NCBI GenBank assembly: GCA_011109175.1
Contig: RDEW01000018.1
Span: forward strand, 820,510 to 884,509
Source: Dicyema japonicum
Taxonomy: Eukaryota > Animalia > Dicyemida
Direction of reading: 5' to 3'
DNA: 64,000 nucleotides
How positions within the stretch are numbered: the stretch's first letter is position 1; each line of letters begins with the position of its first letter. This document shows, in pieces, positions 36,825 to 50,170 of this stretch. The position numbers were made by a program, and so were the translations under genes. The notes below the pieces were generated by a model, which made no database searches, was not told the origin of the DNA, and saw nothing but the letters and a program-made list of their open reading frames with translations.

Positions 36825-37690
36825 ATATTGATTTTTTTTATTTTTGATAGAAATAACGAAAGTATTAATAGAAAGAATAAGAAGACAACCATAAATTATT
36901 AAGAAGTGTGAAATAAATTTCTTCGTGATGAATTCAGCCCGTAATTACTAAATTATATTCTTATCATTTGGGTTTATTCCAAGTCCCATTGATGATACAA
37001 AGTCGCATTGCCTAATATGCATTATTAATTTGTCAAATGAAGCAATGAAACATTAAAACTATTGTTGCATTGTGAAGCAAGCATTTTTCTAAACTTGACA
37101 AACCTTTCGAATATTTTGAAAAACAAACTGAGTACAATTTCAACACTCCTACAATCAAACAAAATTATGGTCTCGACTTATCGGAATCATGATCGTAAAT
37201 TATGAAAAAAAATTCACTCAGCCGTCGAAGAATCGACAAAATGGGAATAAATATTGATTTGGGTTTTTAAAAACTTAACGAGGTTTCTATAAATTAAGAT
37301 TACTTTTAGGTATCTTTGTATCGTAGATGCGTGGAACCTTCAACTGAAATGTACAGTCATTAGACCTTTTGTGGCATTCGTCACGTTGGCTTTGGAAACT
37401 GTTATTCACATAATAGATGCTCAAAGAATGATAAAATATTTTATGGGAAAAATCTACCTACCCGATTTTATTTTAATTTTAAAACAAAAAAGAGTTAGTT
37501 AAAACAAATTCCATAATAGGTGGTAGTGGACTCAAGTCCATAGTGTCGACATATGTTATCTATGGTGATAATATAAAAATTTCAGCCATTATGCTGCTTT
37601 CCACGATCTCTTTTCTGATATGGTGACTCCAAAAATCCTGTGCAAGCTGGTGATTTTTGTGATTGAATTTCATTTCTCTTATATTGAAGC

Positions 37691-38007
37691 GGGTGGAATA
37701 GTGGTTAGGTGTCGGGCTAAAGTGACTTAGGTTACGGGTTCGATTCTCGCTGCTGTTCACCTGGTGGAAGGTTCCACGCATATACGATGCTAAAAAGGTT
37801 TGACGAGTGACGTCGTCATCAGTGAATACTCACTGCGGAACTGGATTGTCTAGAAAGGACACACACACAAGAAAAAGAAAAAAAGAAGTGAAGATCATTC
37901 CTTGGATCTACGATTAGTTAAAATTAACTGTTCTTTACTTAAATAAAGTGTGTGTCCTGCCTATGCGTAGCTATAAATACTATGGCTCTCGTGAAAAGGC
38001 TTTATTA
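37691..38007 (+). mobile_element. tRNA-derived SINE, copy D (complete, with TSD)
   Basis: A-box, B-box GGGTTCGATTC, core, (TTA)n tail; TTATATTGAAGC at 37679-37690 and 38008-38019. Confidence 0.88.
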
Positions 38008-38214
38008 TTATATTGAAGCTTCCAAGTGAAAATGTGGAAGACGTTGTGATTCGCGAAAAAGAAATATCTGTAACTGATAGGCACGTCACTACTTCATCCA
38101 AAAAAATCCCACAAAAAATATCATAACTCTGCATTGTTTTTTCCCACAATCCTACCCTTCATGAAGCCGTCTGAAATCCTGCATAACCCCTTGTACTTAC
38201 AGCACTAAGAACAC

Positions 38215-39386
38215 TTAAAAATTGTTTTCAGACAGATGCAAGCTGAAACCTCGATGAATCTGTGCCCAAAATTGAATTTTCCTAATATGGATTGGTGAGG
38301 ATTCGTAAATGTAATTGGTATTAAAGAATGTAATTTTTATTGAATTAAAATGTAATAACAGGAGAAATGGCAACAGATGAAATGACATTATTATTAAATA
38401 ATATATTATGAGAATATAAATCATTAATAATATTTGATGGTAAATAAGTCCAAAGCAGTTGATTGTTTTGATTGCACATAATTGTGTTATATATAAAAGT
38501 GTATTAGAATTAGAGACAATACCATAACACCTAGAAATAGATAAAACCTCCAAAGTATTATTTAAGTTTTGACATAAGAAAGGTATAACTTTGTGTGATA
38601 GAGAATAAGAGTCATCAATATCAAGTCTTTGTAAATTATGACAACGAGTAATAATTGTAAATAATTCTAATATTAAAATAAATAAAACGATTGTCGGATA
38701 AACAGGTTCTACTCCCACTAAGATTAAGAAATATAACAGAATGTGGTATTAATTGAGACAAAGTTTGGAATCCGTGACAATCAATCATTGTCCATGATAA
38801 ACTTAATGAAATTAGACTAAAATTATTATTATATTACTTTTTTAGATAACATATTGATGTAATCCCCTTTGATGTTAGTCCTTTCACTGATGATAAATCA
38901 ATTGCTTTAAGATTTGGATTTAAACTTAAATATTCACATATTGAATCAGAAATAATATTCCTACAAAGACAAACTTCAATAAGTTGGTGACATTTACTCA
39001 ATAAATTATCAAGATTACTTTCAGACATACAAATACAACTAACATTAAGATATACAAGTTGACAGTCATCAAATATATCATCTAATCATTAAGTAAAACA
39101 ACAACCACACACTTTAGCTGATGTTAAATCTAATATTTTATTCCTCTATTAATTAATGTACTCAAACTAGATCCACCAAAATAACATTTACTACCATTTA
39201 CTCTTACCCACAATGATGAATTACATCTAATTTTATTACAAAACAAACGAAGCTCTTCTCCAACTACGGCTTACTAGACTACAACACAATAATGATTTTA
39301 TTGGTAGATATTTAAAAATACATGTGATAATATCTGATGGCAACATTTCCAACGGATCTATTATTATTCATATTATAACCACACAT
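38215..39386 (-). CDS. SKP2: S-phase kinase-associated protein 2 (F-box/LRR)
   Basis: Spliced F-box LEMLPSDIITCIFKYL...VSRSWRRAS..SSLW; LRRs LLSKCHQL, LNLSGSR, RCHNLQRLDIDDS, LSISRCY, INCFG; C-terminal FW. Confidence 0.88.
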
Positions 39387-40256
39387 TAGTCTTATTTTAA
39401 TTAATTATTTTTAAATTTATAATTAATATAATTTAATAATATCAGTTTCTTCTCTACAACTCACCTTACCTGTCTATCAAATTCATTTGAAATTCAAATC
39501 AGGACATCCAAAGTCCGTTTTATGTTTGATTTAAATACAAAAGGCTTTTGACTCAATCATGAGAAAGTTATTGACAAGAAATATCTACGCATCAGATATC
39601 ACAAGCAAACCCAAAAAATGAATTGCTCACTTTCTCAGAGGCAAAAGTCCACAGCTCAAACATGGCAAAAAAGCCATGGTCCACAAAGTCGTAAACCCAT
39701 TGCCATAATCTGGAGTTTAATCTCATAAGGGCCTATCCGGTTCGGTGTTCTCCACAAATCTAACGCTTCGTTAGTCTGAAAGTCCACTTTTGCATATCCT
39801 CGATCTTCCTCATATTTGTCCAAGATATGGATGGTCCCTACGAGGGGCATGCATATGAGAAACATGGCTCGATGTACTGTTTGTACACGTTCATCAGGAC
39901 CGGGTGAGTACCACGCATCCATATTCTCGATAAACTTTTAATACGTTCAATGTATATTCGCATTTCCATGTCGATAATTATGCAATTGAGTGATTACAAT
40001 GTCGATTTGGTATTTATAATATTATTAACAACCAAGGATCATAGTGTTGCTAAAGACATATGATCAATGTTTCTCTGAATTCGATGGATCTTAAGTAAAG
40101 ATGATAATTTTCTTTGTTTAGAACTTGGCTTTGATATCTTCGACTCTGAGAAAAAGGAATACAAGATTCTCACAGTAAGCAATTTTAATTTTTTAGAATT
40201 AACGATTTATTATTTAACAAAAGAGATAAGGAGTTTTCTGGAGGGTATTACACCTG

Positions 40257-41469
40257 GAGTGCGGAAAAAAAGTCAAGTGGAAAAAAGGTCAAGCGGAAAA
40301 AAAGTCAAGTCCGTAAGCGGAAAAAAGTCAAGCGGAAAAAAAGTCAAGTTGTCTTTTTTAGTTTATATCGCATTTTTGTGATACTACTAGCATTTTAATT
40401 TTTTAAAATTTTTTTACTTGATTTTTTTCCGCTTGACTTTTTTTCATTTTTGAAATTTTTCCCTTATAAATTTTCGAAATTTAGCGCAAAACGGAAAAAA
40501 AGTCAAGTCCGTTAACGAAATTACGGACTTGACTTTTTTTCCGCTTTGGTATAATCGCTTTGACTAAATCAATTTAAGAATTTCAAGGTAATAATAAAAA
40601 ATTTTTTTTTATTATAAAATGAATAAAAATTAAATTAAGGCATCTGAATGGCCATGCTATTTCCTAACAATAGCCAACGAGATACGTTCTTCGGAACCAA
40701 CTAGTCTCTTGGATCCTTGGTCACAGCTTGAATTGGAGCCGATCTTACGAACAACTCATCTGCTTGGGGGCAAGGTTCCTAATTAATAAAATTGACTTAA
40801 TTTTTTCGCTTGGTTTTTAATCTTTTTGACCTTGACTTTTTTCGCTTTGTGTTTAATCTTTTGACTTAATCAATATACGGATTTTAAGTTGAATTTCCCA
40901 AAGAAGAATTTCTCAATCACGAATTTGACGAAAGTCAAATAAAAAGATGAAAATTGTGCATTGAAGCAAAATTATTGCTAAAACGAGTCAAGAAATCCCT
41001 TACAAATCTATTCAAAAGTTGTGTCTCAATGTGAAACAGCAACCAGAATTATCTCCCTTCTGCAGATCTTTTTAAGCGAACACTAAGGAATCAACGCTTT
41101 GTCTCTACATATTCCAAAAAATATTTTCGATCTCGGAGATATTCCATCGTTTTATCTTAACTCTTGGTCCAGATTCAGAAAATTGGTTTAGTCAAAGCGA
41201 TTATACCAAAGCGGAAAAAAAGTCAAGTCCGTGATTTCGTTAGCGCGACTTGACTTTTTTCCGTTTTGCGCTAAATTTCAAAATTTATAAGGGAAAAATT
41301 TTCAAAAATGGAAAAAAAGTCAGTATTGAAAAATTTTTAAAATTAAAAGATGCTAGTAGTATCACAAAATGCGATATAAACTAAAAAAAGACAACTGACT
41401 TTTTTTCCGCTTACGGATTGACTTTTTTTCCGCTTGACCTTTTTTCCACTTGACTTTTTTCCTACAACC
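40257..41469. mobile_element. Non-autonomous foldback Mutator-like (MULE) DNA transposon, ~300-bp TIRs, 10-bp TSD
   Basis: TIRs about 40257-40575 and 41180-41469 built of GAAAAAAAGTCAAG units; TSD ATTACACCTG at 40247-40256 and 41470-41479; internal LPSADLFKRTLRNQR transposase-like piece. Confidence 0.85.
40605..40775 (-). mobile_element. 5'-truncated CRE family 1 copy nested in the MULE
   Basis: Reverse complement of about 20700-20875, including the 3' UTR and an A-tail. Confidence 0.88.
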
Positions 41470-41479
41470 ATTACACCTG

Positions 41480-44400
41480 AGTCTACTATAGGCTTGGACT
41501 CCACACCTGGACTTCCTCCTTTTTTTATTAATTTTTTTCAGGACGTTTCTCCCAGCTTTATATACGTGTCCTGGATCTTTGATCTCCTCCTGAAACTATT
41601 TATCCGATCCTCCACAATCCTGCTAATCGGTTCTAAGAGCTTGTTTTCGTCTTCGCTTAGACAGCCTTTCAGTTTCTTGTTTAATGAGAGCTAAATTGCA
41701 GCTCTCCTAGTCTTCTCTAAGAGGGATAAGATCTTCTTCCTCTTCGGAGAGAAGAACCACCCCTCGCACCCATAAAGTAGGTTAGGAAAAATAACTCCCT
41801 TGAAGATGAACAGGTCGGTGTCGCGGCTAACGTGTAACTACCGTGTATGTAGGAGCGACTGAAAGGCTCTATTTATCCTCCCCTTTATGTCGTCCATTTA
41901 ATTGCCTGCGTGTCCATAGTCGACCCCCAGGTAGTGCAGACTGTGTGCATTGTTTACTCCCAGTGTGTATTCTTGTTTCAGGTGATTTTTCACATTGCTT
42001 ATTCTGAGTGCGCAAGATTTTTCAGCAGAGAGCTTTAGCCCTCTCAAGTTGCACCAATGCTCAATCTGGTCAACATACTCCCGGATTCTTCTTTTAGATA
42101 TAGAAGATTTTAAAGATGTGTCCACCATGATTACGTCATCCGAATAAAAAGAAGACTAGTATTAATATTCCCCGGACGTGGAGAACTCGCCATGAATATA
42201 TTAAACAAAATAGGTCTCAATACCGAACCTTTTGGTACTCCCCTCTTGAATGATATTGCATCGGATATATTTTCCACACACTTTCACAAAAGATTGTCTT
42301 TCCTGAAGATAATTTCTTAGCCAAACAAATAGGTATCTTGGAACACATGCTGATACAAGCTGCTTTAACAACGCTTCATGCATACACTGTCGAATGCTTT
42401 CGAGATGTCAAGACATAATAAGTTTATTTGCCTTTGGAATCCTTTGCTTTCATGATTTCAAAATTCAGTAGAAAGAAACAGTCTACACAGCCTCTTCCGG
42501 GACGAAAACCCCACTTCTCTGAAATCAGAAAGTCATTCTCTTTTATATGTCTGCTTAGCCTCTTGAAAATGATACGTTCAATCAATTTCGCGCAAGAACA
42601 TATTAAGCTAATTGGTCTGTAGCTTGCCGGATCTCTCTTTGGCTTCCCTGGTTTTGGAATCATCCTCACAACAGCTTTCTTCGATATTAAAGGGAGGTGG
42701 CCAAGTCGTAAACACCCATCATAAAGACATCGCAGATAGTCAAATAAAATATCCGGACCTTCTTTGATAAATTTCATTGATATGTGGTCATATTTTGGAG
42801 CATTGACCTTGCATTCGCTGATAGCTGTCGTCATTTCAAGACGCTAACAGTGCTATCAACAATAGGCAGTTCCTCGTCGGAGTGTTTAAGTATATCGGCA
42901 GACACCTTTTTTTTGTACACGGATCGACACCCTGAATTTTTTGGAGCTGATCTCTGAATATCGAAGGTGAATCCTCCGTTATGCACACTCTTCCGTCTGG
43001 TTTATTCAATATAATTTTTTTATGCTCCGACTTCGGACACATTATCTTCTGATGGCATTTCCAAAAAGAGGGATTCTTCATATCAATTTTCGCAGCCTCA
43101 GCCTTCCATATACGGTCAGTCTCTTCCTTCGATATACTGCTGATTGCTTCCTTCATCATCCTGATTCTGGCTAATATGAATTCCCCGTCTATTTTGTCTA
43201 CACAACGCCTTTGCTTTGCCCTTAGGCGATTCCTCTCACGAATAAACCTCATAATAATTGACGACACAAAATAATGATTATTTTTTTAGAAAACTTCGTG
43301 CATATAGGTGAAGATATGATGAGATTTGTTAGTTCTTGACTTGCAGTATTGATATCTTCTATGGTTGAGAACTCTTTCGGTAGAACACACAAATTATTGT
43401 ATGTGAAGACCCTACATTGGACCCAATCCAATTGAGATATGTTGAACCTCAAGAAAACATTTTCCATAACATCTGGCCTCATACTAATAACTAATTCTTG
43501 TGGAATATGGCCGCTCCCGATATCCCATAGAGTTTTTGGCTTTCCACATACACAGATAGAACTGGCGATACTAGGAATACGCCGAGTTTGTCGCCATTAT
43601 GATAAGAAAAATGATTTGGGTCATTCGACGTAAGGATCACAAAGCCACATGAATCAGACAATAATTCTAAACTTTGTGTCCATCCTGATTTGTCTTGCTA
43701 CAACCATAACAGTGTTCTTCGAATTAAGATAGTGTAGTGATTCTTGTTGTAGAACTCAGTGATATCTGTAGAATAAGTCTCATTATGCTTTTCCCTAAGG
43801 ATCAGGCATTCACTAGCACTACTTTTAGTCCTTGCTTCAAACATCTGGGTTACCTTGCTTCTTCAATGCCAAGGTCACCGTTTCCATTAAATCCACATGT
43901 GCAATCGAGCACAGATAGTTTAGCCGTGACATAATCTCCAATATTTTAGTGTATATCTTATCTGATAGATTGGGTGGGACATCGTTCGGTTTTCGACGAA
44001 TTTTAGTTGCCGACTTTGACGTAACTGTCTTTGCTGTCCAAGTTCTCCCAATATCGCTTATTATTGCCTGTCCATCGCTTTTAGTTGCTCTCCTCTGATC
44101 AGATTTCTTGGCGGCTGGGCATCCACCATATCTGGCACAATGTGAGGACGAGCCACAATTTATGCAATTCATTGTGTTCCAGCAGTTTCTCCACAAGCAG
44201 TAGGGTTCCCTGCACAACGGAGACATCTTGTCTTCTCCTTACAGAAAGAGGATATGTGTCCATAGCGTTGGCATTTGAAACACCTAGGTGGGTCTCTTAT
44301 GTACCATTCACATGTAATCGGCACGTGGGTAATGTTTAAACCAAGACGGACAAGTGATGTAGCCTCCTTTGTGGCTTAATCTGATAGACCCTGTCAAATC

Positions 44401-44600
44401 GAACGAGTACAGTACGTTAGAGATTTTGATGGCTCCATACTCGACGTAACAGAGATTTGTATAAAACATTCCCAGAGTATTCAAAGCAGGTTCCAGAGAC
44501 AGATCCTTATTGTTTTCAATACAACTCTTCTTTAAAACCTCTCCAGAAGTAGTGTGTTTTTATTCTAGTCTTTGTAGGAGCTTTTTTAACGACAGCATCA
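41480..44600 (-). mobile_element. I/Jockey-group LINE with gag-like ORF1 and APE-RT ORF2, frameshifted
   Basis: ORF1 knuckles CFKCQRYGHISSFC, CINC...H....GC; ORF2 SYRPISL, WGFRPGR, DISKAFDSV, GSVLRPILFN, YSDD. The 3' UTR resumes left of the MULE near 40205-40246. Confidence 0.85.
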
Positions 44601-44893
44601 CCAACCAAGGTAAGTCGTAAATTCTGTTATTTCACAGTAGCAAACAGATAACAGATAACATGATTTATTCGCAAAACCCCAACTAACTAAGGTAAGAGCA
44701 TTACTAAAGAGGAAAGTCAAGATTTGGGGTCGTGGCATGCTCTCATGAGACACCGTATGTCTCTTCTCCGTAAAAAGCCCCAATTACAATGCGAGTTTTC
44801 CACAAGCAATGTAATAAATCACCAATTTTCTCGTTTTTCTTTCGTATTCGTCATCAATTTCAGATGCTAAATCCAATCCATGTGCTTTTTGTT

Positions 44894-45660
44894 GTTATAA
44901 TTAGAACTTCATCTGGATCGTGTGGCTATAGCAACCAGCACTGAGGCCCGTTTTCCGAAGAGAACGGGCATTAATCAGGGTTATCCTGACTACTTTGGTT
45001 TTTTCGGTGGCTGCCCTCTCTTCTTAAGAGCACCACTCTCTTCTCTGTGTTGAAGCTTCTACTGTTTCTTTTTTTAGAAGGTTTTCTTATTATATGTCGT
45101 TTCCAGCCAGTCTGCCCATACATTCTAAACTCTGACTTTATTTTTATTAGTTCCAGTTTTGGAAACTTCACTTCTCCATTATGGGCATTTCTCGTTTTAG
45201 AAATAATTTTCCATTCGATTCTTTCCTTTTTTGGTCAATTTTGTTTTTCTTCGCAATGTTAGCTTCAACGCATTTGGGCATCTTCCATAATTTAGTTTCG
45301 TTATAATTAGAAATCCTCTGGATCGTGCTGGCTATAGCAACAGCACTGAGGCCCGTTTCCAAAGAGAACGGCATTAATCGGCTATCCTGACTACTTCTGG
45401 TTTTTTTTTTTCGGTGGCTGCCCTCTCTTCTCTGTATTGAAGCTTCTCTGTTTCTTTTTTAGAATGTTTCTTATTATATGTCCTATTCCAGCCAGTTTTA
45501 ATTTCTTATTCGTTCCAATTTTGGAAACTTCACTTTCTCCATTAATGGGCATTTTCTCGTTTTTAGAGATAATTTTCCATTCGATTCTTTCCTTTTTGGT
45601 CAATTTTGTTTTTTTTTCGCTATGTTAGGCTTTAACAGCCTTGGGAGATCTTCCATAATT
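44894..45660 (-). repeat. Tandem duplication (period about 406 bp) of an RTE-like LINE 3' segment
   Basis: Copies 44894-45292 and 45300-45660; KLAGIGHIIR...EKRGQPPK resembles the RTE WxGH...GRP C-terminus. Confidence 0.8.
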
Positions 45661-45929
45661 GGCAAAGTCGATGGATGAACCACAATTCAAAGGACTTATT
45701 ATTGTTGTTAACCGGACACTGCGATCTTCTATGTGAATCAGAACAAACATGGCATCTTTCAACACATTTCCATTAGGCTTGAAGTATGTTTCTCAAACTC
45801 GTAGTATATTTCTTCGTCTTGTAGCACCAGTGGCACCACTTTTTCATTAGTCACAGTAAGCAAAGTAGACATTAAGCGTAATAGTAATAGTACATATTAA
45901 ACAATTTTTGTTAAGTAATTAATACTTTG

Positions 45930-46473
45930 TTATTTAACAATTGAAATCATATAAAGTATTCTAAGTGGTTAATTATTTAATACTTTCAATTTATTAAATT
46001 TTATAATTTCATATTTATTAAAATCATTAATTTTTGACAGAATTTCAATTTCATTATTTTGACTTTAATAATTTAAATAATATACTTTTAATTGTTCTTT
46101 TAATATTAATATTGCTTTTTTGTATTTATTTAGTTGTTTAATTTCTACATTTTTCTCTTTGACTTTATTTTGAGTTAATTCATTTAATTTTAATTTTAAA
46201 CTGTCGTTCTGTCAATTAAATATAATTAATACTTCTAACTTGAGTTCTCTTACAATCTCAGTCTTTTGATTCAACATTTTTATTTTATTACTATTCTCTT
46301 CATTCCATTTGATTTGCTTTTCATTAAAAATATTATCAATTTTAGTTAATAAATCTGTCATGAGACCTTCAAAGTATTTAAATAATGGATTTGTTAATAT
46401 TCTTAATTATAATTATTGTTTACTCAATTTCATTACTAATTAATTCTTTCCACATATTATTAATACTACTCAT
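45930..46473 (-). CDS. Small orphan coiled-coil protein gene with 22-24 nt introns (3' end uncertain)
   Basis: ATG at 46473; spliced frame NNMWKELISNEIEILTNPLFKYFEGLM...KLKLNELTQNKVKEK...; GT-AG micro-introns. Confidence 0.55.
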
Positions 46474-46639
46474 CCTAATGTTACCATGGATTCAAACAGT
46501 TAGTAATTTCTTTAAGCGTTCATTTAATTTAGAACTTAATTCAAATATTCATTGCAACATCATAATTACTATTACATAACCGACCTGGTTCTAAAATAAA
46601 AAAATGTCCTTTTTCTCATAATTTGAATAAACTCTTCAC

Positions 46640-47900
46640 GCTGGCGTCATTCAATTTTCGAAGCCTTAAAGATAGGTGGAAACCCGTAGACTTGAGCAGA
46701 GACCCAACAGCTTGCAAAATCACTCTATACAGTTTTCAAGAAACTAAATTAATGGAGGGAGTCCAGTCTTGATAGAGAATCTATAGAGTGTAAGGAGTTA
46801 ATGACAGGATAACTGTGTTACAGATAAAGACCGGGAGTCAGATGAATCCCTTATTTCTATTGTTACTGTGTAGGCTCCTACTATGGCAAGGGTCTCTAAA
46901 CCCCCAAATAATTGTACTTATTCTACATGTCATTAACTGACTATCTCTTCTCAAATCATCGTTCATGACATTTTTATGTGGTGACTGGAGTCGGTTATTG
47001 TCCACTGAGAGAACTCTATCTTGAGAGGCATGCAAGTGGGGTGAGAATATATTGAGAGTCACTTGCACAATTTTGTAATTTATTCGATTATTTTATTTGT
47101 ATTTTGGCAGTCGCACATCCCGCAAGACATAAAACTACATGGACCGGATTAAGAAAAAAAGTATTGGAGATTATTAATAATCAGATAAATTACGTACTCT
47201 ACCAAAGATCTTTGAAGGCACTGTTAACCGATTTGAAGTTAAGGAGACACTTCCACATATAATGATCATAAGCTCTTAGTTGTACGCTTTAAGATGAAAA
47301 GGTTGTTTGGTATAGATTAGAAGGAATAAATCAATTACGGATAGTTTTGCAGTGTAGAAACTATACCTGTCTCACTAAACTCGTGAGATCTATCGTTTGG
47401 AGATTAAGAAAGAGATTGCTCACATTATTGTGTGATAAAGAAAATAAAAAAGTGGATTAAAAAGGAACCTTGTGGATTAAAAGGACCATAAAGAGAATCC
47501 TGAGGGACGATAAAGAATTGAGGTGTCTGGTATCAAATAGAGGGACACAGTAGTTTCTTTCCTATAGTGCCTTTGGAAAAGTTTGTTTGAATATGAGGAG
47601 GTCGAATCTGCTTTCTGATATATCGTAAGAATCATATAAATGATGTAATTGGAAATATCTTTCGCACCCTCGAGGCTTGGGCAGAGAGTGGGATCCGATT
47701 ATTTCCAATCCTTTATAAACTCAACCTCGTTTAGAGGTCAAGCCTGCTCTAGTATGCTATGATCTTACAAGTATAAATTGGGACCATTACCGAAAAAGCA
47801 GTGCTATATATTTGGAAGTTTTGGGGATCTTTGTAATTTAACGAAAACTCGATTTGAAGAAAGAGACGTTTATCTTTATTTTTGAATGTATCAACATTTA
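46640..47900 (+). mobile_element. Decayed APE-RT LINE remnant
   Basis: LASFNFRSLK...SFQETKL (APE start) and degenerate RT motifs downstream. Confidence 0.45.
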
Positions 47901-48609
47901 TATCTGACGCTATATGTGAACTTTGCATTCACATATAAATCGAGAAAATTGTTTATACATCGGTTGTGGGATGTTTAATTTAAAGACTTGGGCTGCCTGG
48001 ACATGGTGGCATGCGACAATAAATTTGTATATGATTTAAATGAGAGAATAAAAAATGACCCTTCCTTGGATAATGGCATTTTATGGCAAAAGATTTCCCT
48101 AGTACTAAACTGACAGATTTACTGCAATTGTCTCAAAATCTTTTTCTGGTCCTATATCTCAAGTCATGCAAACTTAATCAGCGGCAGCAGAGAACAAATG
48201 ATATTAAATAACAAAAATTAAATACTGAATACCACTCGAAAAGAGTCCCAAAGGATCCCATTATCTCAACAACTATTTCTTAGAACTCTTCCCAACTCGA
48301 AAAGCACTTTTTTGTTTTACACTGACGATCTTATTATCACAGTAAGAAATTGAATATCTGAGAAGGGCATAAAAACCATAAAAAACTGTGAATCCGATGG
48401 GGCCTTGGTTTTCGAATAACAGTTTAAAATCCTCACCATATAACAATGTTACTTTACACAAAGAAACGAAGACAATGCCAAAAGAAATTTAAATAGCTCC
48501 CCGACCCAATCTGGAATGCTTTTTTTGTATAGATCTACCTGCTAAAACATCTACATTTATGATATTGATATGATCGAAACTAAACCAGAGATACTGCATA
48601 ACACACCAA

Positions 48610-49020
48610 AAGATTTCTTAGTTAGTTAAGTAACCCCAGCCTCACTAACTTGTAGGAGGCCAGCAGCTATTAAGTAAGACGCAGCAGATGTTGGTCTCTC
48701 CCATAGATCGGTCAGTTCCGGCATTGTAGAGAAATGTTGTGCCAATTCATGACATTTAAATAGGTGATTTGTTGTCAGCACGTGGAGGTTGGAAAAGGGG
48801 CAGAGTACATCACATGTTGGTAGATATGGGTGGTGCCCACATCGTAGACGAGCCAGGTTTACTCGCACGTCCCTTGAAAGAGTGGATTCTGATTGGTATA
48901 TTAGAGGAGGGGGTCGCTGTAATATTTTATTGTCTCCGAGTCTTCGGATACTTCTCGTAGAAACAAAATCGTGTATCTGTTTCAGACGACTCCTGTCATT
49001 GGGGATGGACGGAATGGAAT
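48610..49020 (-). mobile_element. 3' end of an Ingi/Vingi-like LINE with C-terminal zinc motif
   Basis: LARLRCGH...C..C...NHLFKC...LWERP..AASYL...EAGVT-stop. Confidence 0.75.
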
Positions 49021-49239
49021 GATAACTAGGGCAATATAAGTGCTAAAATGCTATTTATATTTCTATACTTATTTTGATATCAAATTGAATTTGGAATAAT
49101 TATTTTTTAATTTTGTTAAAAAAAAACATACATTATAAATACTATAAGTGCTATTTTTAAATTTAAATGCTAATTTTTTTTTAAAAGGCTAATTTAAATA
49201 AATAAAATAATCAGTTAATTTATCCCCAGTAAAGCAGAT

Positions 49240-49620
49240 ATTTAAAACTGCCATCCATCCAAAGTGGACCCCGCCGACATTATCGACGTTGCGTTGCCTC
49301 TCACGATTGCAACAGAGATCAACTGGAGTAGCCACCGGGTCTCACGTGCGTCGTGGNGCAAATATACTTAATTTTTTCATCATAAAAGTCGTTTTGCGGG
49401 GACAAGTCGATAAAATGATCACAGAATACTTTAATAAAGGGTATCTTACTTTTCTGTATAATGAAATGATCAAGAATTACAAAAGGACTCAGATTATGTG
49501 TATAGAAGGTGTATCATTCCAATTTCGAAGTTGTGTTGAATAACTTTTGTGCAATAAGATATGATCAAAATTCACTAATAGACTCCTGTTTTTTTGTATA
49601 GAATGGGAATTCCTTTCCAA
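49240..49620 (-). mobile_element. MULE transposase fragment
   Basis: PLWMDGSFK resembles the WxxDGTFK catalytic motif; one N at 49358. Confidence 0.4.
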
Positions 49621-49643
49621 TTTGGAATACTCTAGAATCAATA

Positions 49644-49672
49644 GCCGGGTGGCATAGTGGTTAGGTGTCGGC
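49644..49672 (+). mobile_element. SINE head stub
   Basis: GCCGGGTGGCATAGTGGTTAGGTGTCGG matches the family head. Confidence 0.7.
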
Positions 49673-49744
49673 AGGTTTCATGACTATTCATTCCTCTAGC
49701 CTCTACTACTACATTGAAGACAAAAGGCTTATCGACCGAAAATA

Positions 49745-50170
49745 TTAATTAGTCAGGTGATCCCGGCATCTCTCAATAATCGGGCCATTTTTTTCTCGAT
49801 GCTCCGACTGTGATCCCACGCATTTTCTATACGGACGGGGGTCTTTTTCCTTTCCTCTTCTGAAATTGCCTCCAGTTGCCTCTATGATAGACTCGAGTGC
49901 TCTGGGGGCAATTTCTTTATCTGTATATTTTTCTAGTAACTTTTTTGCTCTTGACTGGATATCTTGAATTTTTGTTAGGTTCGTTGCCGACAGGTTAGAT
50001 CCCCATGCAGCATGCATAGCCTATTGTTGGCTCGGCATACTGCTTGTAGAGGGTCCCGATACCTGGCGATAAATTCCTCCACAGTTCCAAAGGAAGGCTT
50101 TTACAAAATTGATCTTCTTTGCACAGGTTGATATGATAGATTCCACATGGGCTGAGAAGCAGAGGAAAGT
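49745..50170 (-). mobile_element. Ingi/Vingi-like LINE RT C-terminus and 3' end
   Basis: ILGVTFD...FSAHV, AAWGSNLS.TNL.KIQ.IQ; AGIT-stop at 49753-49767. Confidence 0.7.

Noticed and set aside
36629-36892. Minus-strand ORF with a hydrophobic N-terminus (secreted peptide?)
   Set aside because: Micro-intron signals here are on the plus strand; probably an antisense shadow of the plus-strand gene.
37050-37260. Possible hAT transposase fragment
   Set aside because: Only a vague LSxxLQ resemblance, with no termini or catalytic motifs.
37691-37770. tRNA-like sequences at SINE heads as true tRNA genes
   Set aside because: Acceptor and anticodon stems do not close properly, and they run into a shared repeat body.
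40257-40570. Regularly spaced GAAAAAAAGTCAAG units as a CRISPR-like array
   Set aside because: Eukaryotic context, no unique spacers or cas genes, and the units are mirrored in a TIR.
46643-46665. TGGCGTCATTC AATTTTCG resembling the fold starts
   Set aside because: Explained as codons of the APE start (LASFNFR); no P2-P4 partners.
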